Assembly (NCBI GenBank): GCA_023247215.1
Contig: JAHFGX010000002.1
Span: forward strand, 1 to 60,209
Source of the DNA: Candidatus Omnitrophota bacterium
Lineage (GTDB): Bacteria > Omnitrophota > Gorgyraeia > Aquiviventales > Aquiviventaceae
Reading direction: 5' to 3'
Length of the DNA: 60,209 nucleotides
Part shown: piece by piece, positions 57,240 through 60,209 of the stretch
How the letters are laid out: the number at the start of each line of letters is the position of its first letter
How positions within the stretch are numbered: position 1 is the first letter of the stretch
Notes under the pieces: model-generated
What the model was told of the DNA's origin: nothing
Seen by the model: only the letters and a program-made list of their open reading frames with translations
Database searches by the model: none
Program-made: the position numbers and the translations under genes

Positions 57240-58463
57240 ATGTCAATTGACTCGGCCAGCGCCGATTTTCATTCCATTCCGGCAATCCTCGAAGAGATTC
57301 GCGAGGGCCGGCTGGTCATCGTGGTGGACGATGGGGACCGCGAGAACGAGGGCGACCTCGTGATGGCCGCCACCTTCGTGACGCCGGAGCACATCAACTT
57401 CATGGCGCGCTTCGGCCGGGGGATCATCTGCATTCCCATGGAGGGCGCCCGGCTTGATCAGCTTGGGCTGCACCAGATGGTGTCCCCCTCGCAGGACCCC
57501 ATGAAGACCGCGTGGACCATCTCGGTGGATGCCCGGGAGGGCGTGACGACGGGCATCTCCGCGCACGACCGGGCCCGGACCATCCAAGTCTTGACCAACT
57601 CGCAGACGGCGGCGCACGACCTGTCGCGGCCCGGGCATGCGTTTCCGCTGCGGGCGAAAGATGGCGGGGTCTTGCGACGGGCCGGCCACACCGAGGCGGC
57701 CGTGGACCTCGCGCGCCTGGCCGGCGTCTATCCCGCCGGGGTCATCTGCGAGATCATGCATGACGACGGCACGATGGCCCGCACGCCGCAGCTCTTCGAG
57801 TTCGCCCGGCAGCACCAGCTCAAGATCTGCACGATCGCCAGCCTGATTGATTACCGGCGCAAGTTCGAGAAGCTGGTCCGCCGCGTGACAAGCACCAAGC
57901 TGCCGACGGAGTTCGGGGAATTCCGGCTGATGCTCTACGACACCAGCGTAGACGACCGGCAGCACGTCGCGCTGGTGCGGGGCCGGGTGGATGACGGCGC
58001 CCCGGTGATGGTGCGCGTCCATTCGCAGTGCCTGACCGGCGACGTGTTCGGCAGCCTGCGCTGCGACTGCGGCCCCCAGCTCCAGCGCGCCATGGAAACG
58101 ATCGCGGAAGCCGGGCGGGGCGTCATCCTCTACATCAACCAGGAAGGGCGGGGCATCGGGCTGGGCAACAAGCTCAAGGCCTACGCCCTGCAGGACGAGG
58201 GCCTGGATACCGTCGAGGCCAATGCCGCCTTGGGATTTGAGCCGGACCTGCGGGACTATGGCATCGGCGCACAGATCCTGGTGGACTTGGGCTTGAAGGA
58301 GCTGCAGCTGCTGACCAACAACCCACGCAAGATCGTCGGGCTGGAAGGCTACGGCCTGCGCGTGGTGGAGCGCCTCCCGATTGAGATTCCCTCCCGTCCG
58401 GAGAACGCCCGCTACCTCTCCACCAAACGCGAGAAACTCGGCCATCTGTTGAATGGCTCGTAA
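57240..58463 (+). CDS. ribBA: bifunctional 3,4-dihydroxy-2-butanone-4-phosphate synthase / GTP cyclohydrolase II
   Basis: [12 protein letters not shown] and GHTEA (RibB half); [18 protein letters not shown] and NQEGRGIGL (RibA half). Confidence 0.95.
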   Translation: MSIDSASADFHSIPAILEEIREGRLVIVVDDGDRENEGDLVMAATFVTPEHINFMARFGRGIICIPMEGARLDQLGLHQMVSPSQDPMKTAWTISVDAREGVTTGISAHDRARTIQVLTNSQTAAHDLSRPGHAFPLRAKDGGVLRRAGHTEAAVDLARLAGVYPAGVICEIMHDDGTMARTPQLFEFARQHQLKICTIASLIDYRRKFEKLVRRVTSTKLPTEFGEFRLMLYDTSVDDRQHVALVRGRVDDGAPVMVRVHSQCLTGDVFGSLRCDCGPQLQRAMETIAEAGRGVILYINQEGRGIGLGNKLKAYALQDEGLDTVEANAALGFEPDLRDYGIGAQILVDLGLKELQLLTNNPRKIVGLEGYGLRVVERLPIEIPSRPENARYLSTKREKLGHLLNGS

Positions 58464-58896
58464 GCGGTCGCGTCGCGTGGTGCTGGTCGCGTCGCGCTTC
58501 AACCAGGCCGTGACGTCGGAGTTGGAGGCCGGCGCCCGCCGCGTCTTGGAGCGGGCCGGGCTCTCCTCGAAACAGATCAGCACGGTGTGGGTGCCGGGGG
58601 CGTTTGAGCTGCCGGTGGCCGCGGCCGCCGCGATTGCCTCGAAGCGGCCGGATGCCGTCGTGGCGTTGGGCTGCCTGATCAAAGGGCAGACCCCGCAGTA
58701 TGCCGCCATCGGCCACGCGGTGGCCGAGGGGCTCACCCAGGTGGCCGTGACGACCCGGGTGCCGGTGACCTTCGGCGTCATCGTGGCGGACACGTTCGCG
58801 CAGGCGCGCAACCGGGCCGGCGGACGGAGCGGCCATCGGGGCGAAGAAGCCGCCCAGGCCGCGGTGGAGATGATGGCACAGGTGGCAACTCTTTAG
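58453..58896 (+). CDS. ribH: 6,7-dimethyl-8-ribityllumazine synthase
   Basis: [23 protein letters not shown] and G.LIKG.T..Y motifs. Confidence 0.9.
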   Translation: MARKRSRRVVLVASRFNQAVTSELEAGARRVLERAGLSSKQISTVWVPGAFELPVAAAAAIASKRPDAVVALGCLIKGQTPQYAAIGHAVAEGLTQVAVTTRVPVTFGVIVADTFAQARNRAGGRSGHRGEEAAQAAVEMMAQVATL

Positions 58897-58900
58897 ACCG

Positions 58901-59353
58901 ATGCGCAATCGTACTCGCGCGCGCGAATACGCGCTGCAGATTCTCTACCAGGTGGATTTGACGCGGGCCGACCCGCAGGCGGCCTTGCATGAGTTCCAAG
59001 CCCGGCAGACGGTGGCCGGCGACGTGAAGGAGTTCGCCACGCGTCTCGTGCAGGGCACGCTGGGCCACCTGGACGTCATTGACCGCCTGATCGGCGCGCA
59101 CGCCAGCAACTGGGAGATCGGCCGCATGGCCGTCGTGGACCGCAACATCCTGCGCCTGGGCGCGTACGAGCTGTTGTATACGGAGGACGTGCCGCCGAAG
59201 GTATGCCTCAACGAGGCGGTGGAGCTGGCCAAGCGGTTCGGCGACGAAGAGTCGAGCAAGTTCGTCAACGGCATCCTCGACGCCATCCATAAGACGCGGC
59301 CGGAGGCCGCCACCCCGTCCTCTCAGCCGGGCGATCCGCCGCCCGCCTCGTGA
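58901..59353 (+). CDS. nusB: transcription antitermination factor NusB
   Basis: RTRAREYALQILYQ, DR.ILRLGAYEL, and NEAVELAKRFG...KFVNGILD. Confidence 0.9.
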   Translation: MRNRTRAREYALQILYQVDLTRADPQAALHEFQARQTVAGDVKEFATRLVQGTLGHLDVIDRLIGAHASNWEIGRMAVVDRNILRLGAYELLYTEDVPPKVCLNEAVELAKRFGDEESSKFVNGILDAIHKTRPEAATPSSQPGDPPPAS

Positions 59354-59370
59354 TTCCGGAGCCCTGACGC

Positions 59371-60209
59371 ATGGCCACAGCAGATTTGCATCTTCATACT
59401 CGGTATTCTGACGGGACCGAAACGCCCCAGCGCGTCGTGGAGCTAGCGGTCCAGGCCGGGTTGGCGGCGATTGCCATCACGGACCACGACATCGTGGACA
59501 GCTACGAGCAGGCGCTGCCTTTCGCCACGGCACAGGGGCTCGAGCTGATCCCGGGCCTGGAGATGTCGGCGGGCCACATGGGGCCGTCAGGCGAGGTGGA
59601 CGTGCACGTGCTGGGGTTGTTCATCAACGTCCACCACGCGCCGTTCCAACAGCGGCTGGCTGAGCAGCGGACTCGGCGGATCCGGCGCACGCACGAGATG
59701 GTGGAGCGGCTGCGGGGCATGGGGTTGGCCATCACCGTCGAAGAAGTGTTCGCCGCGGCCGGGGAAGGGGCGGTCGGCCGCCCGCACGTCGCCCAAGTGC
59801 TGCTGGACCACGGGTATGTCGCCACCTCCCGCGAGGCGTTTGACAAATACATCGGCAACAACGGACCGGCCTACATTGCCGGTTCGCCGACGCCGCCAAA
59901 AGACGCCATTCGCGCCATCCTCGACGCCGGCGGCATTCCGGTCCTGGCGCATCCGGTGTATATCAAGAACGACGCGCTGATCGAGCAGTGGACTCGCGAC
60001 GGGCTGGTGGGGCTGGAAGTCTATCATTCGAGCCACACGCCTGAGGTGGTGAACCGCTACAAGAAATTAGCCGACCGGCTGGGATTGCTGAAGACCGGCG
60101 GGAGCGATTTCCACGGCACATCAAGAGAAGGGGTGCCCATCGGCACCGCGACGGTGCCCTACGAAATGGTCGAGGCCCTGAAGGCATGGAAAGCCGCCCA
60201 TCCGACGCC
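59371..60209 (+). CDS. PHP domain protein (TrpH/RNase AM-like), 3' end outside window
   Basis: ATG at 59371, and the frame stays open to the window end (not in the ORF track because it has no stop). DLHLHTRYSDG, ITDHD, AHP and GGSDFHG metal-binding motifs. Confidence 0.8.
   Translation, partial: MATADLHLHTRYSDGTETPQRVVELAVQAGLAAIAITDHDIVDSYEQALPFATAQGLELIPGLEMSAGHMGPSGEVDVHVLGLFINVHHAPFQQRLAEQRTRRIRRTHEMVERLRGMGLAITVEEVFAAAGEGAVGRPHVAQVLLDHGYVATSREAFDKYIGNNGPAYIAGSPTPPKDAIRAILDAGGIPVLAHPVYIKNDALIEQWTRDGLVGLEVYHSSHTPEVVNRYKKLADRLGLLKTGGSDFHGTSREGVPIGTATVPYEMVEALKAWKAAHPT

Overview
This is a 60.2-kb chromosomal window from a high-GC diderm bacterium (roughly 60-65% GC by eye). Most genes are housekeeping and lie on the + strand.

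Gene order:
- Partial MBL hydrolase, DUF1802, cobO, ilvD, tRNA-Leu(GAG).
- A complete rRNA operon (16S, tRNA-Ile, tRNA-Ala, 23S, 5S; 3804-9013) with boxA/boxB-like leader elements and processing stems.
- A stretch of small or poorly characterised genes (9.1-13.9 kb): a small membrane protein, a PC4/YdbC-like protein, NYN/YacP, an FMN reductase, a channel-like protein, a lipoprotein, a ferritin-like protein, a REC-only regulator and a TIGR04073-like protein.
- A PA0069-type radical SAM gene, yebC-ruvCAB, DUF2905, a spoIID-like gene, yajC-secDF, recJ, rpmB, and recG-rsmD-coaD-yceD-rpmF-plsX-fabH-fabD.
- nadA-nrtR (minus strand) plus a REC-HD-GYP phosphodiesterase, which split the fab cluster, followed by fabG-acpP-fabF.
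- A large secreted M11-like metalloprotease (minus strand).
- A ~12-kb, 14-gene type II secretion / MSHA-like cluster (39.2-51.1 kb).
- Two methyltransferase genes (one decayed), a FabL-like SDR, smc, ribBA-ribH-nusB and a partial PHP (TrpH-like) gene.

Main finding: the secretion cluster appears to be wired to c-di-GMP at two levels.
- Its 5' leader contains a GEMM-I-like riboswitch candidate.
- The GspE ATPase carries a complete tandem MshEN c-di-GMP-binding motif.
- The secretin has a TonB_C-like C-terminal domain.
- The major pseudopilin has a 28-aa leader whose coding DNA forms a three-tier GGGGC/GCCCC hairpin.
- A truncated MerR-like gene is embedded in the cluster behind a perfect palindrome.

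Other observations:
- At least nine genes have a -10 box only 7-12 nt upstream of the ATG, suggesting leaderless mRNAs.
- Paired NrtR-type operators sit in the nrtR-nadA promoter.
- A duplicated ~78-bp terminator-promoter module flanks two small genes.
- ilvD overlaps tRNA-Leu.
- The tRNA-Ile has an atypical elbow.

I saw no CRISPR array, transposase, integrase or prophage signal. All calls come from reading the sequence and the ORF translations by eye; no searches or folding programs were run, and RNA ends are approximate to a few nt.
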